Positions 19,945-30,160 are shown, counted from the stretch's first letter. The stretch: 64,000 nucleotides of DNA from an uncultured Chloroflexia bacterium (GCA_963809215.1 CAWEIJ010000002.1:1326224-1390223), one strand, 5' to 3'. Numbers and translations: made by a program. Notes: generated by a model from the letters alone, not told the origin.

Positions 19945-21129
19945 TCAGGCCCCCAGCCGCACACCGAGCGGATCCGCGGCCTGGGCGGCCGAGCCGTCGC
20001 GGATCTCCGCGATCACGCGCGGCACCACGAGGCAGGCCTCGCCCACTTCCGCGTCCGTGGTCGCGCGGCCCATCGAAAGGCGCAGCGCGCCGAGCGCCTC
20101 GGCATCCGTGTAACCCATCGCGGTCAGGACGTGGGACGGTTCCGGGGAGCCGGTGGAGCAGGCCGACCCGGTCGACGCGGCGATCCCGTCGAGGTCGAGC
20201 GCCACGCTGATGGCGACGCCGTCCGCCCCACGGACCCGCAGCGAGAGCAGGCCGGGGAGGCGCTCCGTCGGATGCCCGGTGACCTCGGCGCCGTCGACCG
20301 CGAGGCAGGCGGCAGCGAGCCGCGCGCGCAGCGCCCGCAGGCGCATCGCGGTCGTCGGGCGGTCCGCGCAGGCGCACTCGTAGGCGACGGCCATGCCCAC
20401 GGCGCCCGCCACGTTCTCGGTGCCCGCCCGCCGGTGGCGCTCCTGGCTCCCCCCGTGGACCTGTGCAAGGAGCTGCGTGCCGCGCCGGATCCAGAGCGCG
20501 CCGACGCCCTTCGGGCCCTCGAACTTGTGGGCCGAGATCGTCACGAGGTCCGCACCCAGCTCGCCCACGTCGAGGGCCAGGGTCGGGGCGGCCTGGACGG
20601 CGTCGACGTGGAAGAGGACCCCGCGACGCGCCCGGACGCGATCGGCGATCTCGCGGATCGGCTGGATCGTGCCGACCTCGTTGTTGGCCAGCATCACCGA
20701 GACGAGGATGGTCCGGTCGTCGACCGCGGCATCCAGCTCGTCGGGATCCACCCGGCCCTCACGGTCGACCGGGACCTCGACGACCTCGAAGCCGAACTTC
20801 TCGAGGTGGCGCATCGCGTGGAGCACGGCGTGGTGCTCGACGGCGCTCGTGACCAGGCGGTGGCCGCGCGCCTTGCCGGCCCAGGCCGCCCCCTTGATCG
20901 CCAGGTTGTTCGCCTCGGTCCCGCCCGAGGTGACGACGATCTCGCGGGCGCTCCCGCCAAGCGACGTCGCCAGCCGTTCGTGGGCCTCGTCGAGCGCGTT
21001 GCGCGCGACACGCCCGAACGAGTGCGCGGACGACGGGTTCCCGAACGCGCCGCCCAGGTACGGGAGCATCGCCTCGAGCGCTTCGTGGCGGAGCGGCGTG
21101 GTCGCCGCGTGGTCGAGGTAGATCGCCAT
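19945..21129 (-). CDS. iscS: Cysteine desulfurase (IscS/NifS type), probable sulfur donor for MnmA
   Basis: YLDHAATT, GNPSSAH, TSGGTEANN, HVDAVQA, SAHKFEGPKG (PLP Lys), RAGTEN, STGSACS. Confidence 0.93.
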   Translation of the reverse strand: MAIYLDHAATTPLRHEALEAMLPYLGGAFGNPSSAHSFGRVARNALDEAHERLATSLGGSAREIVVTSGGTEANNLAIKGAAWAGKARGHRLVTSAVEHHAVLHAMRHLEKFGFEVVEVPVDREGRVDPDELDAAVDDRTILVSVMLANNEVGTIQPIREIADRVRARRGVLFHVDAVQAAPTLALDVGELGADLVTISAHKFEGPKGVGALWIRRGTQLLAQVHGGSQERHRRAGTENVAGAVGMAVAYECACADRPTTAMRLRALRARLAAACLAVDGAEVTGHPTERLPGLLSLRVRGADGVAISVALDLDGIAASTGSACSTGSPEPSHVLTAMGYTDAEALGALRLSMGRATTDAEVGEACLVVPRVIAEIRDGSAAQAADPLGVRLGA

Positions 21130-21184
21130 CAGAGCGGGATTGTACGGCGGGATGACGTGGAGGCCCGCTGGCTATCCTGTCGCA

Positions 21185-21670
21185 GTGTCCGATCCATCGC
21201 ATCCCGCCGCGTCCCTCCCTCCCGGCGGCGCCGCACGGCCGTCGGGCTGGCTGCTGGGCTACCCGACCGACCACCTGATGGCGATACTGCCATCCGTGGT
21301 CGCCGCGGACGCCGCCGTCTCGGAGCTGGCCAGGGAGGGCGTCACGGCCGGCGCGGTCCGGATCCTCGTCGGCGAGGACGCGGCGCTCCGGATCGACGGC
21401 CGCGGGAAGCACCACGGGCTGGTGGCGCGCATCTACCGCCTGGTCCAGTTCACCCAGATGGACCAGGCGCCGGACTTCCGGCGCTACGAGATCGAGGCGC
21501 GGCGCGGCCACCCCGTGATCGCGGTGCGCGAGACCGATGCGGCCCGCCGCCGCGCCATCCTGGCGGTCCTGCGCAGCCACGGCGCGCACTTCATCAACTT
21601 CTATGGCCGCTTCTTCACCGAGACGCTGGACCCGTTCACGGGACCCGACGAGGGCGATCTCCGGATCTAG
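21185..21670 (+). CDS. Hypothetical protein
   Basis: Coding-like ORF (YPTDHLMAIL...VLRSHGAHFINFYGRFFTETL) divergent from iscS. TATCCT lies 6 nt before the GTG. Confidence 0.75.
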   Translation: MSDPSHPAASLPPGGAARPSGWLLGYPTDHLMAILPSVVAADAAVSELAREGVTAGAVRILVGEDAALRIDGRGKHHGLVARIYRLVQFTQMDQAPDFRRYEIEARRGHPVIAVRETDAARRRAILAVLRSHGAHFINFYGRFFTETLDPFTGPDEGDLRI

Positions 21671-21676
21671 CGAGGC

Positions 21677-23683
21677 TCAGGCCCCGCGGAAGCCGTCGCG
21701 CCCGTGCTCGCGCGAACGGAACGGGACGTCCGCGACCAGGATGTCCGAGCGGCCGGTCAGCGCCGCGCGGATCCGGTGGACGTTCTGGTTGAAGAGGAGC
21801 TTCTCCCACCAGTGGCGCGACACCCGCTCCGGCAGCAGGACCACCGTGACGCTGCTGGGATCCTGCTCGGCGGTCACCTCGAGATACCGGATGAGCGGGT
21901 CGACCAGGTTCCGGTACGGCGACTCCACGATCACGAAGCGGACCCCGGGCAGCTGGCGCTCAAATCGATCGCGCACCTTCTCGCCCGCCGCGACGTCGTC
22001 CGTCACGTGGACCGCCGTGATGTCGTCCGTCATCGAGCGCCCGAAGCGCACGGCCTGGATCACGTCCCACTGCACGTCCGCGACGGGGATGACGACGCGA
22101 CGCCGGTGGACCGGGGGGCCCCAGACGAGGTCCGGGGCCACCGTCAGGCCGGACATCCCGAAGCTGTACTCGCGGCGGATGAGCAGCATGATCGCGACGA
22201 GGATCGGCACGATGATCAGGACGATCCAGGCCCCGAGCGCGAACTTGGCGACCGCGAAGATCACGGCCACGATGGCCGTCGCGATGGCGCCCACGCCGTT
22301 GATGAGGGCGCTCCGCCGCCAGCCCGATCCCTTCTCGGAGAACCAGTGCCGGACCATCCCGGCCTGCGAGAGCGTGAATGCGGTGAAGACGCCGATCGCG
22401 TAGAGCGGGATGAGCGCCTCGACGCGACCGCCGAAGGCGACCGCGACGATGATCGCGAGCACCGCGAGGGCCACGATCCCCGCGTTGAAGGCGAGGCGCT
22501 CGCCCCGGTAGGCGAAGCCGCGCGGCATGAACCCGTCCCGGGCCAGGATCGAGGCGAGGCGCGGGAAGTCGGCGAAGCTCGTCTGGGCCGCGAGGACCAG
22601 GATCCCCATCGTGGAGATCAGGAGGATGTACCAGATCGGACCCTGCCCGAACGTGGCGCGACCGATCTGCGAGAGGACCGACTCGTCGTGAGACGGGACC
22701 GCCCCGGCCACGCCCGCGAGGTACGAGATCCCGAGGAAGACGAACCCGAGGATCGATGCCATCGCCACCATCGTCTTCTGGGCGTTCTTCCATTCGGGTG
22801 GCTTGAACGCTGGCGTCCCGTTGGAGATTGCTTCCGTGCCGGTCATGGCGCTGCAGCCGTCGGCAAAGGCCCGCATCAGCAGGAGGAGGCTCATGCTCTC
22901 CGCCTGGACCTGGATTGGCACGACGTCGGTGACGTGGGGTGCGATACCGAGCATCGTTCGGGCGATACCGACCACCACGAGGAGCAGGACGCTGACCATG
23001 AAGATGTAGGTCGGGAGGGCGAAGATCGTCCCGCTCTCGCGGATCCCTCGCAGGTTCACGACCATGACGAGCAGGATCGCGGCCACGATGAGCGGGACCG
23101 TCAGGTCGTGGAGGACCGGGAACGCCGAGGCGAGGTTGAACACGCCGCTCGAGACGCTCACGGAGACGGTCAACACGTAATCCGTCAGGAGCGCCGCCGC
23201 CGCGACGAGCCCGGGCAGAACGCCGAGGTTGGCCCGCGCGACGATGTAGCTGCCCCCGCCGCTCGGATAGGCTCGGATCGTCTGCCGGTACGAGAACGTG
23301 ACGAGGACCAGGAGCGCCACGATGAGGATCGCGATCGGCATGAGGTAGCTGAAGGCGACGGTGCCGACCGCGAGGAGCGTGAACATGCTCGCCTCCGTGG
23401 CATAGGCCACGGAGGACAGGACGTCGCTCGAGAAGACGGCCAGGGCCTTCCACTTGGGCAGCCGCTGGTCGATCTCCTGGGCCGTCGCGAGCGGGCTCCC
23501 GAACAGGGCACGGCGAGCGGCGATCGACGCGCGGCCGAGCGGCGTTCGCGCCTCGATGGCCGAGGCTCGCGCGACCACGACACCTGGGCCGGCATACCGG
23601 AAGTAGCGCGATTCGGGACGCCTGACGCGGACCCGACGGTCGGCCGGCTTCTGGCCGTGGAGGAGGCCCGGGTCGTCGTTCAC
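21677..23683 (-). CDS. APC-superfamily transporter, KimA/YdaO-like (probable K+/H+ symporter)
   Basis: LPKWKALAVFSSDVLSSVAYATE, SYRQTIRAYPSGGGSY, NLRGIRESG, GTEAISNG, FADFPRL, LIPLYAIGVF. About 12 TM helices plus a C-terminal cytoplasmic domain (SPYR, WWEKLLFNQ). Confidence 0.88.
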   Translation of the reverse strand: MNDDPGLLHGQKPADRRVRVRRPESRYFRYAGPGVVVARASAIEARTPLGRASIAARRALFGSPLATAQEIDQRLPKWKALAVFSSDVLSSVAYATEASMFTLLAVGTVAFSYLMPIAILIVALLVLVTFSYRQTIRAYPSGGGSYIVARANLGVLPGLVAAAALLTDYVLTVSVSVSSGVFNLASAFPVLHDLTVPLIVAAILLVMVVNLRGIRESGTIFALPTYIFMVSVLLLVVVGIARTMLGIAPHVTDVVPIQVQAESMSLLLLMRAFADGCSAMTGTEAISNGTPAFKPPEWKNAQKTMVAMASILGFVFLGISYLAGVAGAVPSHDESVLSQIGRATFGQGPIWYILLISTMGILVLAAQTSFADFPRLASILARDGFMPRGFAYRGERLAFNAGIVALAVLAIIVAVAFGGRVEALIPLYAIGVFTAFTLSQAGMVRHWFSEKGSGWRRSALINGVGAIATAIVAVIFAVAKFALGAWIVLIIVPILVAIMLLIRREYSFGMSGLTVAPDLVWGPPVHRRRVVIPVADVQWDVIQAVRFGRSMTDDITAVHVTDDVAAGEKVRDRFERQLPGVRFVIVESPYRNLVDPLIRYLEVTAEQDPSSVTVVLLPERVSRHWWEKLLFNQNVHRIRAALTGRSDILVADVPFRSREHGRDGFRGA

Positions 23684-23910
23684 CGGGTGACTGTACTCAC
23701 CCCGCGACAAACGCGGGAACGCGGCGCCCAGCCCGCGCGAACCTCGACGTCCCAGCCTCGGCCGCGTCGGATCTGCCGTTCGAGCACGATGCACGCGCCT
23801 GCTGCCTTGGCGTCAAGGCGGGCCAACCCGCCGCGGCGCGGCGCGCCACCGAGAGCGTTACGCGAAGACGCGGATCGCGCCGGGGAGGCGCGACCATGCC
23901 CGGACCCGGA

Positions 23911-25872
23911 TCAGCGGTCCTCGGCGGACCGGGCATCCTCGCGGGCGCCGGCCTGGCGATGGCGATCGTGCTGCGAGAGGAGCCGCTTGCGCAGGCGGAT
24001 CTGCCTGGGCGTCACCTCGACGAGCTCGTCCTCGCCGATGAACTCGATGGCGGTCTCCAGGGTCATCGGGCGGGGCGGGACGAGCCGGAGCGCCTCGTCG
24101 TGGGCGTGGGTCCGGATGTTGGTCAGCTTCTTCTCCTTCGTGACGTTCACGTCCATGTCGCCGGACCGGGCATTCTCGCCGACGACCATCCCCTCGTAGA
24201 CGTCCTGCCCGGAGCCGATCAGCATCTCGGCCCGCTCCTGGAGGTTGAACAGCCCATACGCGTTCGACGTCCCCTGGCGGTCGGCCACGAGGACGCCATT
24301 CGTGCGGTGGGTGACCTCCCCGGCGTACGGGCCATAGCCCTCGCCGATCTGGTGGAGCAGCGCCGTCCCGCGCGTCTCGGTCATGAGCTGCCCGCGGTAG
24401 CCGATGAGGCCGCGGACCGGCAGGACGTACTCCAGGCGGACGCGCCCGTCGGCGTCGGTGGACATCTGCTCGAGGCGGCCCTTCCGGCCCGCCAGCGCGG
24501 TCTGGATGGTCCCGATGTACTCGGGCGGGATGTCGATCGTGATCCGCTCGTAGGGCTCCTGGAGCTCGCCGCCCGTGGTCCGAAGGATCACCTCCGGGCG
24601 GCTCACCTGCAGCTCGAAGCCCTCGCGGCGCATCTGCTCGACGAGGACGGCCAGCTGCAGCTCGCCGCGCCCGCGCACCTCGAAGGTGTCGGCCGATTCC
24701 GTGGGGAAGAACTGGATGGCGACGTTGCCCAGGATCTCCTTCTCCAGGCGTGCCCGGAGCTGGCGGCTCGTGAGGTACTTCCCGTCCCGGCCGGAGAGCG
24801 GCGAGGTGTTCACGCCGAACGTCATCCGCAGCGTCGGCTCGTCCACCTCCAGGCGCGGGAGCGGACGCGGGTCGGCCGGATCGGTCAGCGTGTCGCCGAT
24901 CGTGACCTCGGGCAGCCCCGCCACGGAGACGATGTCGCCGGGGCCGGCCTCCTCGATGTCGGCGCGCTCGATCCCCCGGGCCGTCTGGAGCGCGGTCACG
25001 GTGCCCGAGAGGGTCACCGTCCGGCCGGGCTCCACGACGCCGCTCGGGTCGTCGGGCTCCTCGCGCACGACCACGATCCGCTGGCCGACGCGGATCGTGC
25101 CGTTCATCACCCGTCCGACGGCCATCCGGCCGACGTACTCGTTGGCGGACAGGTTCGTCACGAGCAGCTGGAGCGGGTGGCCCGGCTCGTAGGTGGGCGG
25201 TGGCGTCACGGAGACGAGCAGCTCGAGGAGCGGCCGCAGGCTCGTGCCGGGCACGGCCAGCGCGCGCGTCGCCGTGCCGCTCTTGGCGTTCGTGTACACC
25301 ACCGGGAACTCGATCTGTCCGGCGGTCGCGCCGAGGTCCATGAACAGCTCGTAGATGTCGTCGAGCACCTCCGCGGGCCGCGCGTCGCCGCGGTCGATCT
25401 TGTTCACCGCGACGACCACGGGCAGGTTGCGGGCCATCGCCTTCTGGAGGACGTAGCGCGTCTGCGGCAGCGGCCCCTCCGCCGCGTCGACGAGGAGGAG
25501 CACGGAATCCACGAGGTTCAGCGAGCGCTCCACCTCGCCGCCGAAATCCGCGTGGCCAGGGGTGTCCACGATGTTGATGTGGATCCCGTCGAACTCGACG
25601 TTCGTCTGCTTCGCGAGGATCGTGATCCCCTTCTCGCGCTCGAGGTCCATCGAGTCCATGACGCGCTCCGCGACGACCTGGTTGGCGCGGAAGGATCCCG
25701 TCTGGCGCAGCAGCGCGTCGACGAGCGTGGTCTTGCCGTGGTCGACATGGGCGACGATCGCGACGTTGCGGACGTCGGCGCGGACGTCGAGCGGGGCAGG
25801 CTCCGTGCGGGGCGCCTCCGGCTGCGCCTGGGTTGCGATGGGCATGCGGGGTCGCTCGCTCGTATCGGTCAT
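23911..25872 (-). CDS. typA: Translational GTPase TypA/BipA
   Basis: [75 protein letters not shown]. Confidence 0.97.
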   Translation of the reverse strand: MTDTSERPRMPIATQAQPEAPRTEPAPLDVRADVRNVAIVAHVDHGKTTLVDALLRQTGSFRANQVVAERVMDSMDLEREKGITILAKQTNVEFDGIHINIVDTPGHADFGGEVERSLNLVDSVLLLVDAAEGPLPQTRYVLQKAMARNLPVVVAVNKIDRGDARPAEVLDDIYELFMDLGATAGQIEFPVVYTNAKSGTATRALAVPGTSLRPLLELLVSVTPPPTYEPGHPLQLLVTNLSANEYVGRMAVGRVMNGTIRVGQRIVVVREEPDDPSGVVEPGRTVTLSGTVTALQTARGIERADIEEAGPGDIVSVAGLPEVTIGDTLTDPADPRPLPRLEVDEPTLRMTFGVNTSPLSGRDGKYLTSRQLRARLEKEILGNVAIQFFPTESADTFEVRGRGELQLAVLVEQMRREGFELQVSRPEVILRTTGGELQEPYERITIDIPPEYIGTIQTALAGRKGRLEQMSTDADGRVRLEYVLPVRGLIGYRGQLMTETRGTALLHQIGEGYGPYAGEVTHRTNGVLVADRQGTSNAYGLFNLQERAEMLIGSGQDVYEGMVVGENARSGDMDVNVTKEKKLTNIRTHAHDEALRLVPPRPMTLETAIEFIGEDELVEVTPRQIRLRKRLLSQHDRHRQAGAREDARSAEDR

Positions 25873-25934
25873 GGGCCGCTCGATTGTCGCACAGGTGCCG
25901 TGTGCGGCCTCCCGAGCCTGCTAGCATCCCGGGC

Positions 25935-26609
25935 GTGACCGTCGCCGCGTGCATCCTGGCTGCCTCCCCGGACACCGCCCTGCGGGACGTCGAGGGGACG
26001 CCGAACGTGCGCCGGCTGGCGGACCTGGCCTGGGCAGGCGGGGCCTTCCCGGTCGTGGTCGTCGCGGCCGACCCGGGCGGAGAGGTCGCGGCGGCGCTCG
26101 CCGGGGCCCCGGTGATCCTCGGCTCCCCCGCGCCAGCCGAGGCGGGGCCCGCCGGCCAGATGGCGCGCGCGGTCGACCTCGCGCGGAGCGAGGTCCAGGC
26201 GACCGCGGCCGCGCTCCTCTGGCCAGCGGGGATGGGCTGGGTCGACGCCGAGACGGTGACCTCGCTCATCGAGGCCCACGGCGCGGACCCGGGGACGCTG
26301 CTGCGCCCCGCCTACCGGGGCACGCCAGGCTGGCCGCTCCTCGTCCCGGTCGCCATGCTCGCCGCGATCCGGGCGCTTGCTCCGGACCTCGCCCCGTCGT
26401 CGATCGCCGACGCCCTGGCCTCCGCCGGTCCATCACGAACGCTGGAGCTGGGCGATCCGGGCGTCGTGCTGGACCTCGACACGCCGCGAGCCGACCTGCC
26501 GCCATTCGACGGGCCCCCGGAGCCGGCCGCCGGGCAGCGGCACGAATGGGGAGCGCTCGTCGCCGCGGGACCTGACGAGGCGCCCGAGCCGCCGCCGACC
26601 CGCGGCTGA
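25935..26609 (+). CDS. MobA/MocA-like NTP-transferase fold protein with a degenerate nucleotide-binding loop
   Basis: VAACILAA start, P.Y.GTPGWP, DPGVVLDLDT match MocA-like proteins, but the GxSxRMG..K loop is missing. Confidence 0.7.
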   Translation: MTVAACILAASPDTALRDVEGTPNVRRLADLAWAGGAFPVVVVAADPGGEVAAALAGAPVILGSPAPAEAGPAGQMARAVDLARSEVQATAAALLWPAGMGWVDAETVTSLIEAHGADPGTLLRPAYRGTPGWPLLVPVAMLAAIRALAPDLAPSSIADALASAGPSRTLELGDPGVVLDLDTPRADLPPFDGPPEPAAGQRHEWGALVAAGPDEAPEPPPTRG

Positions 26610-26617
26610 TCCCCGGG

Positions 26618-27004
26618 TCAGCCCAGCCCGAGCGCCCGTCGGGCGCGACCGACGTCGTCCACGGTGAACGCGGTCTCGACGATCCCCGCGCGCCGCCCCA
26701 GGAACAGGACGCCGTGGATGTCGACGCCCGCCGCCGCCAGCTTCTCGGTGGTCGCGGCGAAGCCGCCGGGATGGTCGTCGATCTCCACGACGAGCGCCTC
26801 GCCCTCGACGAACGGGTACCCGGAGGAGCGAAGGACCGCCCGTGTCGCGGCATCATCGTCGGTGGTCAGGACGGCGTAGGCGTGCTCGCCGGCACCCCCG
26901 CTGGAGATCTCGTGGATGCTCACGCCGCGCTCGGCAAGCGCCCGCGAGAAGGTGGCCAGCGCGCCCGGGCGGTTCACCAGCTGGACCACGAACTGGGTAC
27001 CCAT
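26618..27004 (-). CDS. Tandem ACT-domain protein
   Basis: VQLVNRPGALATFSRALAERGVSI and VEIDDHPGGFAATTEKLAAAGVDI repeats. GGGAGG RBS. Confidence 0.85.
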   Translation of the reverse strand: MGTQFVVQLVNRPGALATFSRALAERGVSIHEISSGGAGEHAYAVLTTDDDAATRAVLRSSGYPFVEGEALVVEIDDHPGGFAATTEKLAAAGVDIHGVLFLGRRAGIVETAFTVDDVGRARRALGLG

Positions 27005-27092
27005 GGCAGCCCTCCCGCTGACGCGTGCCCCGCGTTCCGGGCCCCGCATCCATTGTCCCGCGGCGCACAAGCGGAAGCCCCGGGCCCTGTCG

Positions 27093-28946
27093 TCAGGCGC
27101 GGTCGGGGACGCCCACGAAGCGGAGGCCCAGCTCGGCGTACTGGCCCGGGTCCGGTGCCGACGGCGCATCGAGCATGAGGTCCGCGCCGGACGAGGTCTT
27201 GGGGAACGCCATGACCTCGCGGATCGTCGCCTGGTCGGCCATGAGCGCCGCCCACCGATCGATCCCGATGGCGATGCCGCCATGGGGCGGCGCCCCGTAC
27301 TCGAACGCCTCGAGCATGCCCCCGAACTTCGCCTGCATCGAGTCGAACGTGTGACCCTGGAGCGCAAACGAGCGCTCAAGGAGCGCGCGCCGGTGGATCC
27401 GGACGGACCCGCCGCCGAGCTCCCACCCGTTGAGGACGAGGTCGTACTGCATCGCCCGGGCGCGGCCGGCCGGGTCGTCCTCCGACGGGCGCTCGGGATC
27501 GCCGGAGGCGGTCACGAGGAGCGGCTCGTCCTCGGGCACGACGCCCGAGAACGGGTTGTGGGTCGCGTGCCAGCCGTTGCGCTCCGCGTCCCACTCGTAC
27601 ATGGGGAAGCGGTTGACCCAGCAGTAGGCAAGCACCGTCGGGTCGGCCAGGCCGAGGCGCGTCCCGAGCTCCGCCCGCAGTCGTCCCAGGATGTCCGCCA
27701 CCGCGTGCGGTCGATCCGCCACGATCAGCACGAGGTCCCCGTCGCCCGCGCCGCACCGTCGTGCGATCTCCGCCGCGCGCTCCTCCCCGAGGAACCTGAC
27801 GCTCGGCCCGTGGACTCGTTCGCCGGAAACGCCGAGCGTGACGAGCCCGCGCGCCCCGAGACGCTTCGCCGCCTCCGTGAGCTCGTCGATCCGGGCCCGG
27901 CTGGCGTCGCCGAGGCCGGGCACCGCGATCCCCTTGACACGGCCGCCGGCCGCGAGCGTCTCGTCGAAGACGCGGAACCCGGAGGCCGCGGCGCCGGTCG
28001 CGTCAATGAGCGCCGGGGCGAGGTCCACGAGCTCCATGCCGAAGCGGATGTCGGGCTTGTCCGAGCCGAACCGCTCGAGCGCCTCCGCGTACGTGAAGCG
28101 CGGGAACGGCACCTGCAGGAGCGGGCGCTCGGGCGTCACGGCGAGGGAGACCTCGATCGCCATCTCCTCGACGAAGCCCATCACCGTCTCCTCGGTGACG
28201 AAGCTCATCTCCAGGTCGAGCTGGGTGAACTCCGGCTGACGGTCGCCGCGGAGGTCCTCGTCACGGAAGCAGCGCGCGATCTGGAAGTAGCGGTCCATGC
28301 CCGCGACCATGAGCAGCTGCTTGAGCTGCTGAGGGCTCTGCGGCAGCGCGTAGACGCTGCCAGGCTGCAGCCGCGACGGGACGATGAAGTCGCGGGCGCC
28401 CTCGGGGGTGCTCTTGATGAGGATCGGCGTCTCGATCTCGACGAACCCGCTCGCGTGATGCGCGAGGCGGATCTCCTCCACCAGCCGGCTGCGCAGCAGG
28501 AGCCGTCGGAGCATCGGCTCGCGGCGGATGTCGAGGTAGCGATACTGGAGGCGCACGGACTCGTCGACCGGCGCATCTGGCTCGTTGATGTAGAACGGCG
28601 GCGTCTTCGCCTCTGCCAGGACCGTCAGCTCGCGCGCACGGAGCTCGATCTCTCCGGTGGCGAGCCTGGCGTTCTCCATCCCGGGCAGGCGTCGGTTCAC
28701 CGGCCCGGCGACCGTGACGACGAACTCGATGCGGCAGCGCATCGCCGCCGCGTGGGCCTCCGGCGCCGTCGTGGCATCGACCACGACCTGCGTGATCCCG
28801 TGCCGGTCCCGAAGGTCCAGGAAGATCAGCTGCCCGTGGTCGCGGCGGCGGTGGACCCAGCCGGCAAGGCGGGCGTCGGCGCCCGCGTCGTCCCCGCGGA
28901 GCGCGCCGCAGGTGTGAGTCCGGTACGGGGTGGCAAGGTTCGTCAT
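27093..28946 (-). CDS. aspS: Aspartate--tRNA ligase, probably non-discriminating (Asp/Asn)
   Basis: YRTHTCG, RRDHGQLIFLDLRD, STPEGARDF, YALPQSPQ, FRDEDLRGDRQPEFTQ, ELGGGSVRIH, YGAPPHGGIAIGIDR. Confidence 0.97.
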   Translation of the reverse strand: MTNLATPYRTHTCGALRGDDAGADARLAGWVHRRRDHGQLIFLDLRDRHGITQVVVDATTAPEAHAAAMRCRIEFVVTVAGPVNRRLPGMENARLATGEIELRARELTVLAEAKTPPFYINEPDAPVDESVRLQYRYLDIRREPMLRRLLLRSRLVEEIRLAHHASGFVEIETPILIKSTPEGARDFIVPSRLQPGSVYALPQSPQQLKQLLMVAGMDRYFQIARCFRDEDLRGDRQPEFTQLDLEMSFVTEETVMGFVEEMAIEVSLAVTPERPLLQVPFPRFTYAEALERFGSDKPDIRFGMELVDLAPALIDATGAAASGFRVFDETLAAGGRVKGIAVPGLGDASRARIDELTEAAKRLGARGLVTLGVSGERVHGPSVRFLGEERAAEIARRCGAGDGDLVLIVADRPHAVADILGRLRAELGTRLGLADPTVLAYCWVNRFPMYEWDAERNGWHATHNPFSGVVPEDEPLLVTASGDPERPSEDDPAGRARAMQYDLVLNGWELGGGSVRIHRRALLERSFALQGHTFDSMQAKFGGMLEAFEYGAPPHGGIAIGIDRWAALMADQATIREVMAFPKTSSGADLMLDAPSAPDPGQYAELGLRFVGVPDRA

Positions 28947-29073
28947 GCCGGCAATCGTAGCGCGGCGCCAACCGGCGCCGGACCGCGCCGCCGGAAGGGG
29001 CGCTGGCTGCGTCGCGCCGGCCATCCCGTGACGCCGCCGCCCCACGACGCGGCGGCGCGAGGCCAGGCTGCGG

Positions 29074-29349
29074 TCAGCCCGCGATCGACCGCCGGGCCGG
29101 GACGTTCCAGCCGATGAGCTCGCAGCCGAGGTAGTGCGGGGCGCCCTCCCCGGGGGTGCAGTCGGCGCAGCCCCAGCGGGTCAGCCCACCCTCGTCCGGC
29201 AGGTATGCGATGTCGCAGGAGCTCTCGGTCGGATCGCAGTTCCGGCCGTGACATGGGTGATCGCAATGGATCCAGTGCTCGCAGCTGCAGGTCGCCGCCA
29301 GCGAAGGCGCGCGGATCACGCTGGCGGGGAATGGGCCCTGGCTGATCAT
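29074..29349 (-). CDS. Small Cys/His-rich putative metal-binding protein (91 aa)
   Basis: ATG 29349 with a GGGGGAG RBS. Contains 9 Cys and 5 His: CSCEHWIHCDHPCH...C...C...CADC...HYLGC. Confidence 0.7.
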   Translation of the reverse strand: MISQGPFPASVIRAPSLAATCSCEHWIHCDHPCHGRNCDPTESSCDIAYLPDEGGLTRWGCADCTPGEGAPHYLGCELIGWNVPARRSIAG

Positions 29350-29455
29350 CGCTCCCCCCGGTGCCGATCGCGGGCGGCCTGGGACGCGGCCCGGATGGAT
29401 CGATTGTCCGCGACCCGTCAACCGGGCCCGGGCGAAGGTCCGGTTCAGGCGCAGT

Positions 29456-30160
29456 TCAGGCGGGCTCGGCCCGGTCCTCCATCTCCCAGGCGTGGTCCAG
29501 GGCGTGCCACGCGATGCGGCGTGCCGCGTAGCGTACCGGCCAGCGGCCGCCCGGGATCGGCCCGCCGTCGGTCGGGCGTGCCAGCACCCCCGCGATCGCG
29601 GCGCGGACGGCGGCCACGGCCGGTCCGTCGCGTGGATCGGGCTCGGGCAGCCGCAGGCCGATCCGCTGGGCGTAGGCATGCTCGGCGCTCACGACGTGGG
29701 CGACGATCGCGTCCCGGTCGCGCCCGCCACCGCGCGGTCCCTTCCGCAGCTCGGCGGGCGCGGCCGCGGCGACCCGATCGAGGACCGTCCACGCGGCCCG
29801 CACGATCGCCGCCAGTCGGTCGCCGTCGGCGGCGTCCGTGGGGCGGGCGTCGAGGGAGAAGACCACGTCCGGCACGCCGAACGCGGTCGAGGGCGTCCCG
29901 GGGAGCCGCTCGACGACCGAGAGCACGGCCGGCCCGACCGGCGCGAACACGATCCCGGCCTCACGGACGGCGACCGCGTACCGGTCGGCGCTCCCGGCCA
30001 GGGCGGCGAGCGCCGCGGCCTCGTCGCGCCCGGCGCGGGTCCATCCGGGCCACTCGAGCGCGGACGCGAAGACCCGCTTCGAGGCCGATTCCAGCCCGAC
30101 GGCGACCTGGCCTGCATCAGCGCCGGGTCGGATCGCCCCGCCGCCGGCCCGCGTGGTCAC
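29456..30160 (-). CDS. Hypothetical protein with a DinB-like C-terminal His motif
   Basis: KRVFASALEWPGWTR N-terminus, LRKGPRGGGRDRDAIVAHV, RRIAWHALDHAWEMEDR. GTG overlaps the hisS stop. Confidence 0.8.
   Translation of the reverse strand: MTTRAGGGAIRPGADAGQVAVGLESASKRVFASALEWPGWTRAGRDEAAALAALAGSADRYAVAVREAGIVFAPVGPAVLSVVERLPGTPSTAFGVPDVVFSLDARPTDAADGDRLAAIVRAAWTVLDRVAAAAPAELRKGPRGGGRDRDAIVAHVVSAEHAYAQRIGLRLPEPDPRDGPAVAAVRAAIAGVLARPTDGGPIPGGRWPVRYAARRIAWHALDHAWEMEDRAEPA

Noticed and set aside
23690-23900. c-di-AMP (ydaO) riboswitch ahead of the KimA-like gene
   Set aside because: The conserved riboswitch segments are not visible, and a -10 hexamer lies 6 nt before the start, implying little or no leader.
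29230-29290. c-type heme motif in the Cys-rich mini-protein
   Set aside because: The spacing is CxxxCH rather than CxxCH, and there is no export signal.
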